Shown piece by piece: positions 38,761-48,336 of a stretch of 64,000 nucleotides of DNA (its first letter is position 1; each line of letters opens with the position of its first letter). Position numbers and translations under genes: made by a program. Under the pieces are notes generated by a model. That model was not told the origin of the DNA and searched no databases. It saw only the letters and a list, made by a program, of their open reading frames with translations. The DNA comes from a virus. Location: IMG/VR virus record IMGVR_UViG_3300030419_006105, positions 1 through 64,000 of that record. One strand, written 5' to 3'.

Positions 38761-39768
38761 TTAAAACGTATGTGTTTTTACATTGTCAGGAGTATCATAT
38801 TTCCATCGATCATCACTAACGAGTTTATCTAACTCGTCTTCATTAATCTCATAAAACTGTTCTGCAGTTGGAAATTGACCTGCACGTACTTCAGCGGCAT
38901 ATTCTTTAAGAGAGTCTTCAATTAACGCCCCTGCTTCACAATAACGCTTAACGAATTTAGATTTAAACTCAAAGAACATACCAATTAAATCATGTTGAAT
39001 TACTAATTGACCATCAACCTGATCACCAGCACCTATACCATAAATTGGAATATCTAATTTCTCAGCAATATATTGAGCTGACTCTCTCGGCATTGCTTCA
39101 AGTAGTAAAAATGAGCAACCTGCATCTTGTAAGCGAAGAGCTTGATCTAAAATAATGTCAGCTGATTCTTTCGTCTTACCTTGTACACGATAACCACCAA
39201 GCTTAGCTCGAGTATGAGGAGTTAAACCCAAATGACTCATAGTAATAATACCAGAAGACGAAATAGCCTTTACACGGTCAACCATTGCACCTTCAATCTT
39301 AACACAATCCATACCAGCAGTAATAAATTTACCAGCATTCCGTACAGCTAATTCATTAGATTCTTGATATGACATAAAAGGCATATCTCCAATAAGGAAA
39401 GCAGTTTGATTTGCACGCCAAACTGCTTTACAATGTGACAACATATCATCCATAGTTACTGGAATCGTCGTCTTATACCCTAGAGTAGTCATACCTAAGG
39501 AATCTCCCACTAAAATAGCATCTACACCAGCACGATCAGCTAATAACGCTTGTGGATAATCATACGCTGTACATAGTACTGTTTTAATACCCTTTTTCTT
39601 ATGATTTTTAAGTGTTAAGATAGTAACTTTCGTTCGCTCTTCAATGGGTTGATCACCGCGTGGTGGTAAATTTGGCTTCTCCGTAGGCAAATACTGGCCT
39701 AATGGCACAGCCTTCGCTGGAGTAGGGCTGTGCAAATCCTCATCTTTTGATTTATTATCAGTACTCAT
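38761..39768 (-). CDS. panB: Ketopantoate hydroxymethyltransferase-like protein
   Basis: TAYDYP, LVGDSLGM, GDMPF.SY, VKIEG, HLGLTP, GIGAG..VDGQ. Confidence 0.92.
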   Translation of the reverse strand: MSTDNKSKDEDLHSPTPAKAVPLGQYLPTEKPNLPPRGDQPIEERTKVTILTLKNHKKKGIKTVLCTAYDYPQALLADRAGVDAILVGDSLGMTTLGYKTTIPVTMDDMLSHCKAVWRANQTAFLIGDMPFMSYQESNELAVRNAGKFITAGMDCVKIEGAMVDRVKAISSSGIITMSHLGLTPHTRAKLGGYRVQGKTKESADIILDQALRLQDAGCSFLLLEAMPRESAQYIAEKLDIPIYGIGAGDQVDGQLVIQHDLIGMFFEFKSKFVKRYCEAGALIEDSLKEYAAEVRAGQFPTAEQFYEINEDELDKLVSDDRWKYDTPDNVKTHTF

Positions 39769-39772
39769 AATA

Positions 39773-41263
39773 TTATGTAAATTTTCTCTGTAACGTTATG
39801 CTAAGCATTTTATCTACTTCTTTCTGAAAATCAACACCTATTTTTTCGGTCATTTTTTTAATGTAAGAAGGAGATTTAAAATATTTTATAAAAGCTTCGT
39901 CTCTAAATTTTAAGATTTGTGAGTGAGTTAAATCTTCAGTAGGTAAATTAAATGTTTCATATGCATGTTGAGAATAACCAATCCATCCGATATCGTTATT
40001 TTCTGGTAAAGCTTGTGGATTATTTTTACTAAAATCTCTATGTAGTTGAGATCCAGGATATGCCATAGCACAATACATATTAACCCACTCTGTTTTTAAC
40101 TCTAAAGCTAAATCTAAAGTCTCATTCATTGTTTCATATGTATCTTTTGGTAGACCAAAAATATAATTACCAGTTGAATAGATATCATGATTAGATATTT
40201 TTTCAATAATACTTCGTATATTAAGTTCTTGAAATTTACCTTTAACAACTTCTTGTCTTACTACTTGATTAGCAGATTCAATACCTAAACCTAACCAATT
40301 AACACCAGCATTTTTTAAAATTTCTAAATATTGTTCCTTTACTGTATCAATCCTAGCATATGCCCATATATTAAAATTGTAATTTCTTTCAGCGATTAAT
40401 TTACATAATTCAACATAATGTTGTTTTTTAAAAACAAACATCTCATCAGCTATTTTAATATTTTTAATATTATTTTCTGCGAAGAAGTCTAATTTTTTAA
40501 TTATATTTTGAGGTGACCAATGACGAAAAGTATTATTTTTTGTATCACCGTTGTTAAATGGTGAGTTAATCATACAAAAATTACATTTAAATGGACAACC
40601 TAAGCTAGTATATATAGAACCAAACGGAGATGTTTCATTATTATTAGTCCAACTATGCCAATTAGCAGTTCTATATCGATGAATATCTAAATATTCTACA
40701 GGAAGCATATCTAATTCTTCATCTAAATTTTGTATTAAAGGAGCTGGTGGTGTACTTGCTATTTGTCCAGTAGTTTTATCTGTATACCATAAACCAGGAA
40801 CTTGTTGTAATTGAGAATTATCTGTATAGTCAGTTACTTTTAAAAAATTATAAATAGTATGAGGACCTTCTCCTTGACAAACAAAAGAATTAGGATCATC
40901 TTCTATAGTTTTTCTAGGGAGAGAAGATGGATGTGGACCAGTATACATTCTAATTATATTACTATCCTTAAGTAGGTCCATTATCTCCATAATCCCTACC
41001 ATATTTTGAGTTGAAGCTGATGGTTGTTGACCGAACGCAACTAAACAAACAACTTTAGGGTTAAGTTCTAAAATAGTAGTAGCTGCTTGTTCGCTGTTTA
41101 TTCTTAAAGCCTCACAATCTAACAAATCAACTGAAAACCCTCTATCAGAGACATACTTAGATAACATTGCAGCCCATATAGGAGGCTCAATTGCTGAAAA
41201 ATCCTTACTTAAATCTTGATAGACTTTTTTAGAAGAATTCGGATGTACAAATAAAATATCCAC
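39773..41263 (-). CDS. Cobalamin-binding (class B) radical SAM methyltransferase-like protein
   Basis: N-terminal B12 domain (EPP.W, GPHPS), SLGCPFKCNFC, DE.F, GIES, IFGLP, YPGS. Confidence 0.88.
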   Translation of the reverse strand: MDILFVHPNSSKKVYQDLSKDFSAIEPPIWAAMLSKYVSDRGFSVDLLDCEALRINSEQAATTILELNPKVVCLVAFGQQPSASTQNMVGIMEIMDLLKDSNIIRMYTGPHPSSLPRKTIEDDPNSFVCQGEGPHTIYNFLKVTDYTDNSQLQQVPGLWYTDKTTGQIASTPPAPLIQNLDEELDMLPVEYLDIHRYRTANWHSWTNNNETSPFGSIYTSLGCPFKCNFCMINSPFNNGDTKNNTFRHWSPQNIIKKLDFFAENNIKNIKIADEMFVFKKQHYVELCKLIAERNYNFNIWAYARIDTVKEQYLEILKNAGVNWLGLGIESANQVVRQEVVKGKFQELNIRSIIEKISNHDIYSTGNYIFGLPKDTYETMNETLDLALELKTEWVNMYCAMAYPGSQLHRDFSKNNPQALPENNDIGWIGYSQHAYETFNLPTEDLTHSQILKFRDEAFIKYFKSPSYIKKMTEKIGVDFQKEVDKMLSITLQRKFT

Positions 41264-41826
41264 TATCTGTCTCTATCTGATAAAATTGCATTTGAAGGTG
41301 ATATAGGCCAAGAAATATTATATTCAGGATCATTCCATTTAATAGATATTTGTTCCTCTTCAGGAGTATAATCTTCTGTCAACTTATAATGAAATATACA
41401 ATCGTTTGATAGACATAAATGTCCATTAACACATCCTGGTGGTATTAATATTTGTTGACGGTTTTTATCATTAATATAAAATTTATCATAATGTTTATAA
41501 GTTGGAGAATCTTTTCTTACATCTAATACAACCACATAAATAGACCCTCTTAAACATTGTATTAGTTTATATGTTTTACTATCTCCATGTAACCCTCTAA
41601 TAACGTTTTTTGTTGAAAAAGAAGCACTATCTACTACAAACTGTTTCCCGGGTGCGGAAGGTGTTCCACGAAAATCATCATATACACTAAACATTTTTCT
41701 ATAATAATCAGCGCAAAATGTTTCTACATTTTCACCTCTATTATCATAATGTATAACCGGTTGTACTACAGTAACATCTTTAATGATACTATCATCCACC
41801 TTAACTACTCTGTATTCATTACTCAT
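41263..41826 (-). CDS. rmlC: dTDP-4-dehydrorhamnose 3,5-epimerase family
   Basis: DNRG, RGLHG, KL..C..G, D.R.DSPTY, IPPG..NGH, WNDP...I.WP. Confidence 0.88.
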   Translation of the reverse strand: MSNEYRVVKVDDSIIKDVTVVQPVIHYDNRGENVETFCADYYRKMFSVYDDFRGTPSAPGKQFVVDSASFSTKNVIRGLHGDSKTYKLIQCLRGSIYVVVLDVRKDSPTYKHYDKFYINDKNRQQILIPPGCVNGHLCLSNDCIFHYKLTEDYTPEEEQISIKWNDPEYNISWPISPSNAILSDRDR

Positions 41827-41831
41827 ATACT

Positions 41832-42677
41832 TTAACTAATGGCAGCAGCCATTAATAATTTATTTGCAGTATGTTTTTTATCAAATTTCTCGAGATTATC
41901 TTCGGTATGCCAATATACCTTTTTAATAGTACCTACATTATCAACGTCAAACTGTAGGATCTTTTTACCACATAATAAACCTTCTATAGATGTACGACCT
42001 AAAAATATACCTGACACAACATCACATTGTCTATAGTATTTTTCTACTTTCCAAGTAGGTTCATGTGTTACAAAATTAGGATGTACGGTACTATAATCAT
42101 TTCTACCTACATGCATAACTTTAAAATTTTGTTTTTCAGATAATTCTAACAAGTATTTTAAAGGTTTATATCGCAAATAATCTAAACTACCTGGAAATAA
42201 AACTATTTTATCTTTAATACTCTTTTTCTTTTTACAATTTTGTGGATTAAATCGAGTTAAATCAAATGGATTATATATTAACTGAGCATTTGCTCCTGGT
42301 ATTTTTTGTTTTATAAATTCAACAATAGAAGGTCGTATACCTACATAGGTATCTATTTTTGAATCAACAATTGGTTCCTCTAAATCAATAACTTCAGAGT
42401 GTATAACGTTAATAAACTTTTTAGATTTAACATTCTTAATAAAATCCCATATTGCTTTACCGTGAGAAAATATTACTAAATCATATTCTTCGTCATACAA
42501 TGTACCCCTGGTTAAAAAAGATATATTAGATGTTTTATCTTGTAATGGAGAATCAGGAAACGGAGAAAAAATAGATACTTTATGACCTAAATCTCTCAAA
42601 GCTGTTGAGAGCTCATAAAAATATAATTCCGACCCTGTATATTCCCTATAACTAAGGCAACCTATAAGTATATTCAC
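41832..42677 (-). CDS. GT-B glycosyltransferase-like protein (first gene of the island operon)
   Basis: TGSELY, IYNPFD..RF, GRT.IEG..CG; TTGCTT-N16-TATAAT-N7-GTG upstream. Confidence 0.7.
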   Translation of the reverse strand: MNILIGCLSYREYTGSELYFYELSTALRDLGHKVSIFSPFPDSPLQDKTSNISFLTRGTLYDEEYDLVIFSHGKAIWDFIKNVKSKKFINVIHSEVIDLEEPIVDSKIDTYVGIRPSIVEFIKQKIPGANAQLIYNPFDLTRFNPQNCKKKKSIKDKIVLFPGSLDYLRYKPLKYLLELSEKQNFKVMHVGRNDYSTVHPNFVTHEPTWKVEKYYRQCDVVSGIFLGRTSIEGLLCGKKILQFDVDNVGTIKKVYWHTEDNLEKFDKKHTANKLLMAAAIS

Positions 42678-42728
42678 TGTAATTATTATAATTGTAAACC
42701 ACGAAAAAGCAAATAAATACTTAAAGTT

Positions 42729-43526
42729 ATGGCGAAACGAACTCGTGTTGCAGCTAATAGCTCAACTAAAAAGACATCGTTAACTGGACGTAAAGTTAGT
42801 AAGAAAACAAAGATTAGTAAAAATGAAATTACAGACAGTATACAAAAAAATACATTTCTTGATTATACAATACAACAAAAATATAATCTAACACCTACAC
42901 ATGATAACTTCTTAGAAGTTTGCTTTAAAGACGACTGCAAATTATCATTAATAGATGGACCTGCAGGGTCAGCAAAAACGTATCTATCTGTTTATATCGC
43001 TCTACAATTACTACGAACTCACAAAATAGAAGAAATAATATACATCCGAAGTGTTGTAGAATCTGCTTCTAAAAGTATGGGGTCTCTCCCAGGTGAAGTT
43101 GAAGATAAATTTTTACCATGGAGTTTACCATTACTAGAAAAACTAAATGAGTTACTCGATAAACCTACAATTACTAATTTAATGTCAGAAAGTTTTATTA
43201 AATGTATTCCTGTTAATTATACTAGAGGATTAACTTTTAAAAATGCATGTGTATTAATTGACGAAGCACAAAATTTAACTAAAGAAGAACTTACAACAAT
43301 ATTAACTAGATTTGGAAGTAATTCAAAATATATGGTTATTGGAGATTCCCGACAAAGCGATATTGGTAATAGATCTGGTTTTAAGGTAATATATGATGCG
43401 TTTGATACAAAAGAATCTATTGAACATGGTATGAATGTATTTAAATTTACAGAACTTGAAATTGTTAGATCTGAAATATTAAAATATATTGTAAAGGTTT
43501 TACAAAAATTAAAGGTGAAAAGTTAA
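42729..43526 (+). CDS. phoH: PhoH-family ATPase
   Basis: GPAGSAKT, RS.VE, G.LPG, RG.TF, DEAQN, TRFG, GD..Q.D, IVRS. Confidence 0.93.
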   Translation: MAKRTRVAANSSTKKTSLTGRKVSKKTKISKNEITDSIQKNTFLDYTIQQKYNLTPTHDNFLEVCFKDDCKLSLIDGPAGSAKTYLSVYIALQLLRTHKIEEIIYIRSVVESASKSMGSLPGEVEDKFLPWSLPLLEKLNELLDKPTITNLMSESFIKCIPVNYTRGLTFKNACVLIDEAQNLTKEELTTILTRFGSNSKYMVIGDSRQSDIGNRSGFKVIYDAFDTKESIEHGMNVFKFTELEIVRSEILKYIVKVLQKLKVKS

Positions 43527-43700
43527 TGCTTTGCGCATTCTTTCAAATAATGTCCTTTTATTTTGACCACTCTCAATTAATCTAGAATATTCTGCTTTAA
43601 AAGCTTCTATAAATTCTGGAGATAAATCAAACTTACGAGGATAAAACGATCTTACTCTTTTTATCATATATTTCTCGCATAATTTATCGTAATCAGTCAT
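43509..43700 (-). CDS. Small hypothetical late protein
   Basis: 63 aa; TAAATA-N7-ATG upstream. Confidence 0.55.
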   Translation of the reverse strand: MTDYDKLCEKYMIKRVRSFYPRKFDLSPEFIEAFKAEYSRLIESGQNKRTLFERMRKALTFHL

Positions 43701-44464
43701 CGATAATTATTTAATCGATTCTGCTGTTTATCTTTAGCTATTTTTTCTTGTAATTTCTTCTTTAATACAGAATCCTCTTCTGGGTCAACATCTTTCCATA
43801 CTTCTTCTAGTTTTTTAATTTCTTCTAAAGTTTCTTCATCTAAAATATTACCGGGAGCTGATGCTTCACCTGACGGATCAATATATAATTTTAATATTTC
43901 TATACGCTCTGTACGACTACCAAATACTTCAATAATAGCTGGTTTATCATCTACTATAAAAAACGTAGTTTTAGGGTTTTCTTCATGATCTCGATGAACA
44001 GCTTTAAAAATATTATCTATCTCTTCTATAGTTTGAGGATTAGTTTCTCTTAAATCATCTTCCTCTAAAGGAACAAGAGCTACCTTTGTAATAGGTGTAA
44101 AAAATATAATATCTAAATTTCGAAAACTTTCTCTTACCAGTGGAATACACTTTTTAATAAACTCATCGTCGATGTCATTATCTCGTTGCTCTGCTGCCCA
44201 TAAACTATACACCAAATTATCTAATGGGCATCGATCAAAAATAACATTCTGACCTCGCCTATATTTTTGTTGCTCCTCAATCATAAAATTGAGAATTTCC
44301 CATTGAGTTTTTTTATTAGTCTTAGAGGAATGATCTAAATCATTTTCTTTAATAATGTCCCTATACGTTTTTTTGGGTGTAACATAATTAGGCCATTGTC
44401 CTAGAAAGTCTTTAATTAAAGTAGTCTTTCCCTGACAAGCTGTACCACTAATTGCAATCCTCAT
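43697..44464 (-). CDS. P-loop nucleotide/NMP kinase-like protein (AAA_28)
   Basis: ISGTACQGKTT, FDRCPLDN; downstream of queE. Confidence 0.75.
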   Translation of the reverse strand: MRIAISGTACQGKTTLIKDFLGQWPNYVTPKKTYRDIIKENDLDHSSKTNKKTQWEILNFMIEEQQKYRRGQNVIFDRCPLDNLVYSLWAAEQRDNDIDDEFIKKCIPLVRESFRNLDIIFFTPITKVALVPLEEDDLRETNPQTIEEIDNIFKAVHRDHEENPKTTFFIVDDKPAIIEVFGSRTERIEILKLYIDPSGEASAPGNILDEETLEEIKKLEEVWKDVDPEEDSVLKKKLQEKIAKDKQQNRLNNYR

Positions 44465-44481
44465 ATATTATATTTATTAAG

Positions 44482-45243
44482 TTAAACTTTTAAAGCCATA
44501 TCCCATACAAGTAAATGCAATCTAGGACTAAATTTAAAATATTCTTGTTTAGCATACTCAGCTACTTCTTCAGCTATTTCAATATGCTCTTTTCTACTAC
44601 CTGCACAAGGCATTAACCAAACCCTTTCTCTTGGTATATTAAACTTCTCAACATACTTCTGTAAGACCTCTTCTAAATCTTCTTTCTTACTAATAACAAA
44701 CTTAAAACCTGACCCATTTGTTACATGCCATTTTAATACATCTGGTTTATATCGACGGTCTTCTGGATCACCATTATTACTAAGCTTAGGAGAAGTAGTA
44801 AAAGTTGCATCAACTCTTAACCATTCTGGATCTGGCATTATTGTTGCATTAGTTTCAAAATCTATCCGTGGTATAGTACCCCACTCTACATCTATATAAG
44901 CTAAAAATTTAAGTAATTTTGGTTGTTGTACAAGTGGTTCACCACCTGTTATCTTCCATATAGCACCATTATCTAAGTGTTTTTTATATCCTTCCTCTTC
45001 TAATAACGTTCTAAGTTCTTCAAAACTTAATTTATTTTTTACACTCCATGATATATAGCTATCACAACCATGAGGTGAATCTTCTGTTGCAAATCCTTGA
45101 CATGTAAGATTACACATAGATAATCTCATAAAAACAGACGGCCAACCAACATATTCACCTTCACCCTCTACCGTATAAAATACCTTATCGTCAGATAAAA
45201 ATATTTTTTCGTCTTTAAGCTCCTCCTTATAAAGATTTGTCAT
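44482..45243 (-). CDS. queE: 7-carboxy-7-deazaguanine synthase
   Basis: FYTVEGEG, R...CNLTC.GF......CDS, TGGEP, ETN, SPKL, PRLH. Confidence 0.93.
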   Translation of the reverse strand: MTNLYKEELKDEKIFLSDDKVFYTVEGEGEYVGWPSVFMRLSMCNLTCQGFATEDSPHGCDSYISWSVKNKLSFEELRTLLEEEGYKKHLDNGAIWKITGGEPLVQQPKLLKFLAYIDVEWGTIPRIDFETNATIMPDPEWLRVDATFTTSPKLSNNGDPEDRRYKPDVLKWHVTNGSGFKFVISKKEDLEEVLQKYVEKFNIPRERVWLMPCAGSRKEHIEIAEEVAEYAKQEYFKFSPRLHLLVWDMALKV

Positions 45244-45376
45244 TTAAATATAAATCTTTTATATCTCGTGTCTCTGGTTTAACCTCTTTCTTCTTAGGTT
45301 TACCCCAATCAATACTATCCCAGTTATCATTAACTTGACAAGTATCTTCTTTTCGTCTTTTACTACCTTTACTCAT
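45227..45376 (-). CDS. Small hypothetical protein (49 aa)
   Basis: Manual translation MSKGSKRRKEDTCQVNDNWDSIDWGKPKKKEVKPETRDIKDLYLNDKSL; its ATG overlaps the queD stop and it fills the queD-queE gap. Confidence 0.55.
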   Translation of the reverse strand: MSKGSKRRKEDTCQVNDNWDSIDWGKPKKKEVKPETRDIKDLYLNDKSL

Positions 45377-45861
45377 TAGTTTTGAACCCATTCGTATTGA
45401 GTATCTGATAAAGCTCTGGCATATTCAATATGATATATAGCAGAATTTTTCTCATGCTCAAAAACTTCTACCTTCTTACACCAACATCTATTATCAGTTG
45501 ATTCCTTTACATAATCATCAGCAGCTTTCCAGCAATATTGTGCAAATTTTTCAATACCAACTCCATCAGACATAATACGTAAATCAATTATACCTAATTC
45601 ATTTAATTCTTCAAATTTATTTAAATATGGATCGTTTGCATCAATAACCGTAGTATGATCAAATTGATTTTCTAATATTTTCTTTAAATGTTTCAAATCT
45701 CCAAAATCAACAACCCAATTATTTTCATCTAATTCTTTAGCTTCAAACCAAAATTTACCAACTAATCGATAACCATGTACAAACCGACAATGTGAATCTG
45801 CTTTTGGTTGTCTAAAGGCGCAGCTGCCTAATTCAATAATCTTTGTACTATTAAAAGACAT
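45376..45861 (-). CDS. queD: 6-carboxy-5,6,7,8-tetrahydropterin synthase
   Basis: HC..VHGY, WVVDFG, FDHT, E..A, EHEKNSA. Confidence 0.92.
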   Translation of the reverse strand: MSFNSTKIIELGSCAFRQPKADSHCRFVHGYRLVGKFWFEAKELDENNWVVDFGDLKHLKKILENQFDHTTVIDANDPYLNKFEELNELGIIDLRIMSDGVGIEKFAQYCWKAADDYVKESTDNRCWCKKVEVFEHEKNSAIYHIEYARALSDTQYEWVQN

Positions 45862-45868
45862 AAGATCT

Positions 45869-45927
45869 ATTATACATTAATCTAAAATAAAATCAAGGGT
45901 TGAATTTAAAAAAAAATTTCATATAAT
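45869..45927. promoter_or_regulatory. Back-to-back sigma70-type promoters for queD and folE
   Basis: Minus: TTGATT(45896-91)-N16-TATAAT-N7-ATG; plus: TTGAAT(45900-05)-N16-TATAAT-N6-ATG. Confidence 0.75.
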
Positions 45928-45933
45928 AAACTC

Positions 45934-46569
45934 ATGAGTGAATTACTGCAATATGCAAATGGTAACTTACCGCGAACTGAAGAAGAAAAAGAAATAATTA
46001 TTGATAAAGCCGCGGCTGCATATGAAAAATATATGGATGCTTTAGGGTTTGATTGGAGAAATGATCCTAATAGCGCTGATACCCCAAGACGTGTAGCAAA
46101 AGCTTTTGTTAATGACTTAGCAGAAGGTTGTTATAATGTACCTCCTAAAATTACAGCATTTGATAATGTTGATAAATATGATGGATTAGTTTTTCAAGGT
46201 AATATAAAAGTTAATTCTTTTTGCTCACATCACCATTTACCGTTTATCGGGCAAGCTCATGTATCTTACATACCTGGAAAAGACGGAAAAGTAATTGGTT
46301 TAAGTAAAATAAATCGAATTGTCGAATGGTTTTCGAGACGTCCGCAAGTACAAGAAAACTTAACTATGCAAATTCATAATTATATGAATGAAGTATGTAA
46401 AGATAATAAAGGAATTGCTGTTTTAGTATCAGCTAACCATACTTGTGCTGGTCTAAGAGGAGTAAAACATGATAGTATTATGAAAACTGCTAGAATGTCA
46501 GGAGCATTTTTAGATAAAACTGATTTAACCAGACAAGAGTTTTATGATTTTATAAGAGACTTAAAGTGA
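45934..46569 (+). CDS. folE: GTP cyclohydrolase I
   Basis: TPRRVAK, CSHHHLPF.G, GLSK..R, RPQVQE.LT, H.C...RG. Confidence 0.97.
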   Translation: MSELLQYANGNLPRTEEEKEIIIDKAAAAYEKYMDALGFDWRNDPNSADTPRRVAKAFVNDLAEGCYNVPPKITAFDNVDKYDGLVFQGNIKVNSFCSHHHLPFIGQAHVSYIPGKDGKVIGLSKINRIVEWFSRRPQVQENLTMQIHNYMNEVCKDNKGIAVLVSANHTCAGLRGVKHDSIMKTARMSGAFLDKTDLTRQEFYDFIRDLK

Positions 46570-47784
46570 GTCAAAAATTTCTTTAATTTGTGCAGGGTCG
46601 ATATGCTCCGGTATATCGGCTTTTATTTTCTCAAAATTATCAAAATTATCTCTTATATTACTCGCACTATAAGGGGTACCATCTGCTTTTAATGTAACAT
46701 CAACAGCAGACTGTGCTGGATCAACTATATCAATTTCTAATCCTTCTTTTTCAGCCCATGGTTGTGCATGTGACCATCTTTTCCAATCATTATCTTTTCT
46801 ACTAGCACCTAACACAACTGTTGTACCTGGATCTAACGTCTTTAATGTCTCATATGCTGATGTAACGGGGGATGGGAACTGTGAGATACTAACAGTTACG
46901 TTATTAAGAGGTTGTGTATATAATTCAAATATTTGTTTTGCAGCATCTGGTGTAATCAATTTACCATCACTAGTTCTTCTTTCACTTTTAGCTGAAGGAG
47001 CTGAGATTAATACATGAACATGACCGTCAGGATACAATTGACTATACTCTTTAACCATTTCGTAATGGCCTTTATGAGGTGGTTTAAAACTACCAGGAAC
47101 AAGAACGACTACTCTACTGTTTTTTTTTACATCTTCAATAGCAGTATTAGCAGCAATAGAAAGTTTACTTTGTAAGTCTTGTAACTCAAAATTTTCTAAA
47201 ATAGAATCTATCTTAGAATCAAACCCTTCACTCAATCCATAATCAACTACAATTTTGCGTAAAATTTTTGCTATCTCTTTTGCGTTTTCAGGTTGTACAT
47301 CTTGTGTAATTGCTTCTCTTTCAGAATCTGATAAACTAACATTATCTAAATCTACAAACAATGACTTACGAGCAAGATTAACATAAAAAGTTTCACCTTC
47401 TGTAGTCATAGGATCTGGAGTTGGTTCTTCTTCTGGTTGTTGAGTGAAATCATCTTTACTTGCTGGCTCAAATTCACCACCTGTTTCAGGACCCTTTCTA
47501 GGTGTAAATTCATCATCTTCAGCTTCAAGTACTTTACCTTTAGGTTTATTACTTGACATAGCAACTTTAGCTAATTGCTTTCCAGCAGCCATAGTAGCCT
47601 TTTTTAATCCTTGCAAAAGCTTTTTCTGCACTGGAGTAGGTTTTTTAGTAGGATCTGTCTTACCAGCGATTTCAGCTGCTCTAGCTGCAGCTATTGCAGC
47701 TTGAGTACCAGCTTGTTTTTGTTGATATTTATTAGCACCGGCCTCACTTAATAGATTGTCTATTTTCGTGGTAAACTTACTCAT
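46561..47784 (-). CDS. Late protein with a C-terminal HIGH-family nucleotidyltransferase domain
   Basis: PGSFKPPHKGH and YSASNIR motifs; perfect TATAAATA at 47791-47798; N-terminal half has repeated L/I-x-E sites. Confidence 0.7.
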   Translation of the reverse strand: MSKFTTKIDNLLSEAGANKYQQKQAGTQAAIAAARAAEIAGKTDPTKKPTPVQKKLLQGLKKATMAAGKQLAKVAMSSNKPKGKVLEAEDDEFTPRKGPETGGEFEPASKDDFTQQPEEEPTPDPMTTEGETFYVNLARKSLFVDLDNVSLSDSEREAITQDVQPENAKEIAKILRKIVVDYGLSEGFDSKIDSILENFELQDLQSKLSIAANTAIEDVKKNSRVVVLVPGSFKPPHKGHYEMVKEYSQLYPDGHVHVLISAPSAKSERRTSDGKLITPDAAKQIFELYTQPLNNVTVSISQFPSPVTSAYETLKTLDPGTTVVLGASRKDNDWKRWSHAQPWAEKEGLEIDIVDPAQSAVDVTLKADGTPYSASNIRDNFDNFEKIKADIPEHIDPAQIKEIFDSL

Positions 47785-47793
47785 TGTAATTAT

Positions 47794-48336
47794 TTATAGG
47801 AGAGAAAGTTTATTTCTTATGTCTTCGAAATATGTTTTGTCTAAAAATGTAAGCTCATATTTCTTACAAAAATAATGTAGTCTGTTAAAATAATAGTCTG
47901 TATTTTGTATCTTCTTAAGCTTGCGAAGTAATATTATGCTTAATTCTTCTTTATAACCATCACATTTGCATTTTTTCTTGAGTTCCTTAAGAGAATACAT
48001 TTCTCTTATTATTAATACTGGAAATTTTTTCTCAAAAGTCTGTAAAAACGACGAGTATTTCGTATTTAAATCAACATCAACATCAAAATATATAACAGGT
48101 TTATTCTTTTTATTATGAGCTTTAAGAACCTCGCATGTATAATGTATAAAATAATGAAAAATATATTTTTTATGTAGAGAATTGTTAAATTTAAGCTCAG
48201 GAGAAAATTCAGAAATTTTATCTATAGAAATATTATGAATATAATTAATTACTGGAGTAAAATTTACTAAATTAAAATAGGAACCAGGTATTCTATAACT
48301 TAATCCCGGTATTTTCGTTAATTCTTCTAAGTGCAT
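47794..48336 (-). CDS. Hypothetical protein
   Basis: 180 aa ORF; faint resemblance to the T4 RNase H N-terminus without the acidic residues. Confidence 0.5.
   Translation of the reverse strand: MHLEELTKIPGLSYRIPGSYFNLVNFTPVINYIHNISIDKISEFSPELKFNNSLHKKYIFHYFIHYTCEVLKAHNKKNKPVIYFDVDVDLNTKYSSFLQTFEKKFPVLIIREMYSLKELKKKCKCDGYKEELSIILLRKLKKIQNTDYYFNRLHYFCKKYELTFLDKTYFEDIRNKLSLL

Noticed and set aside
44482-46569. folE/queD/queE as folate or tRNA-queuosine auxiliary genes
   Set aside because: No queA/queG or folate genes are seen, and a DpdA-like gene is present, which points to DNA modification
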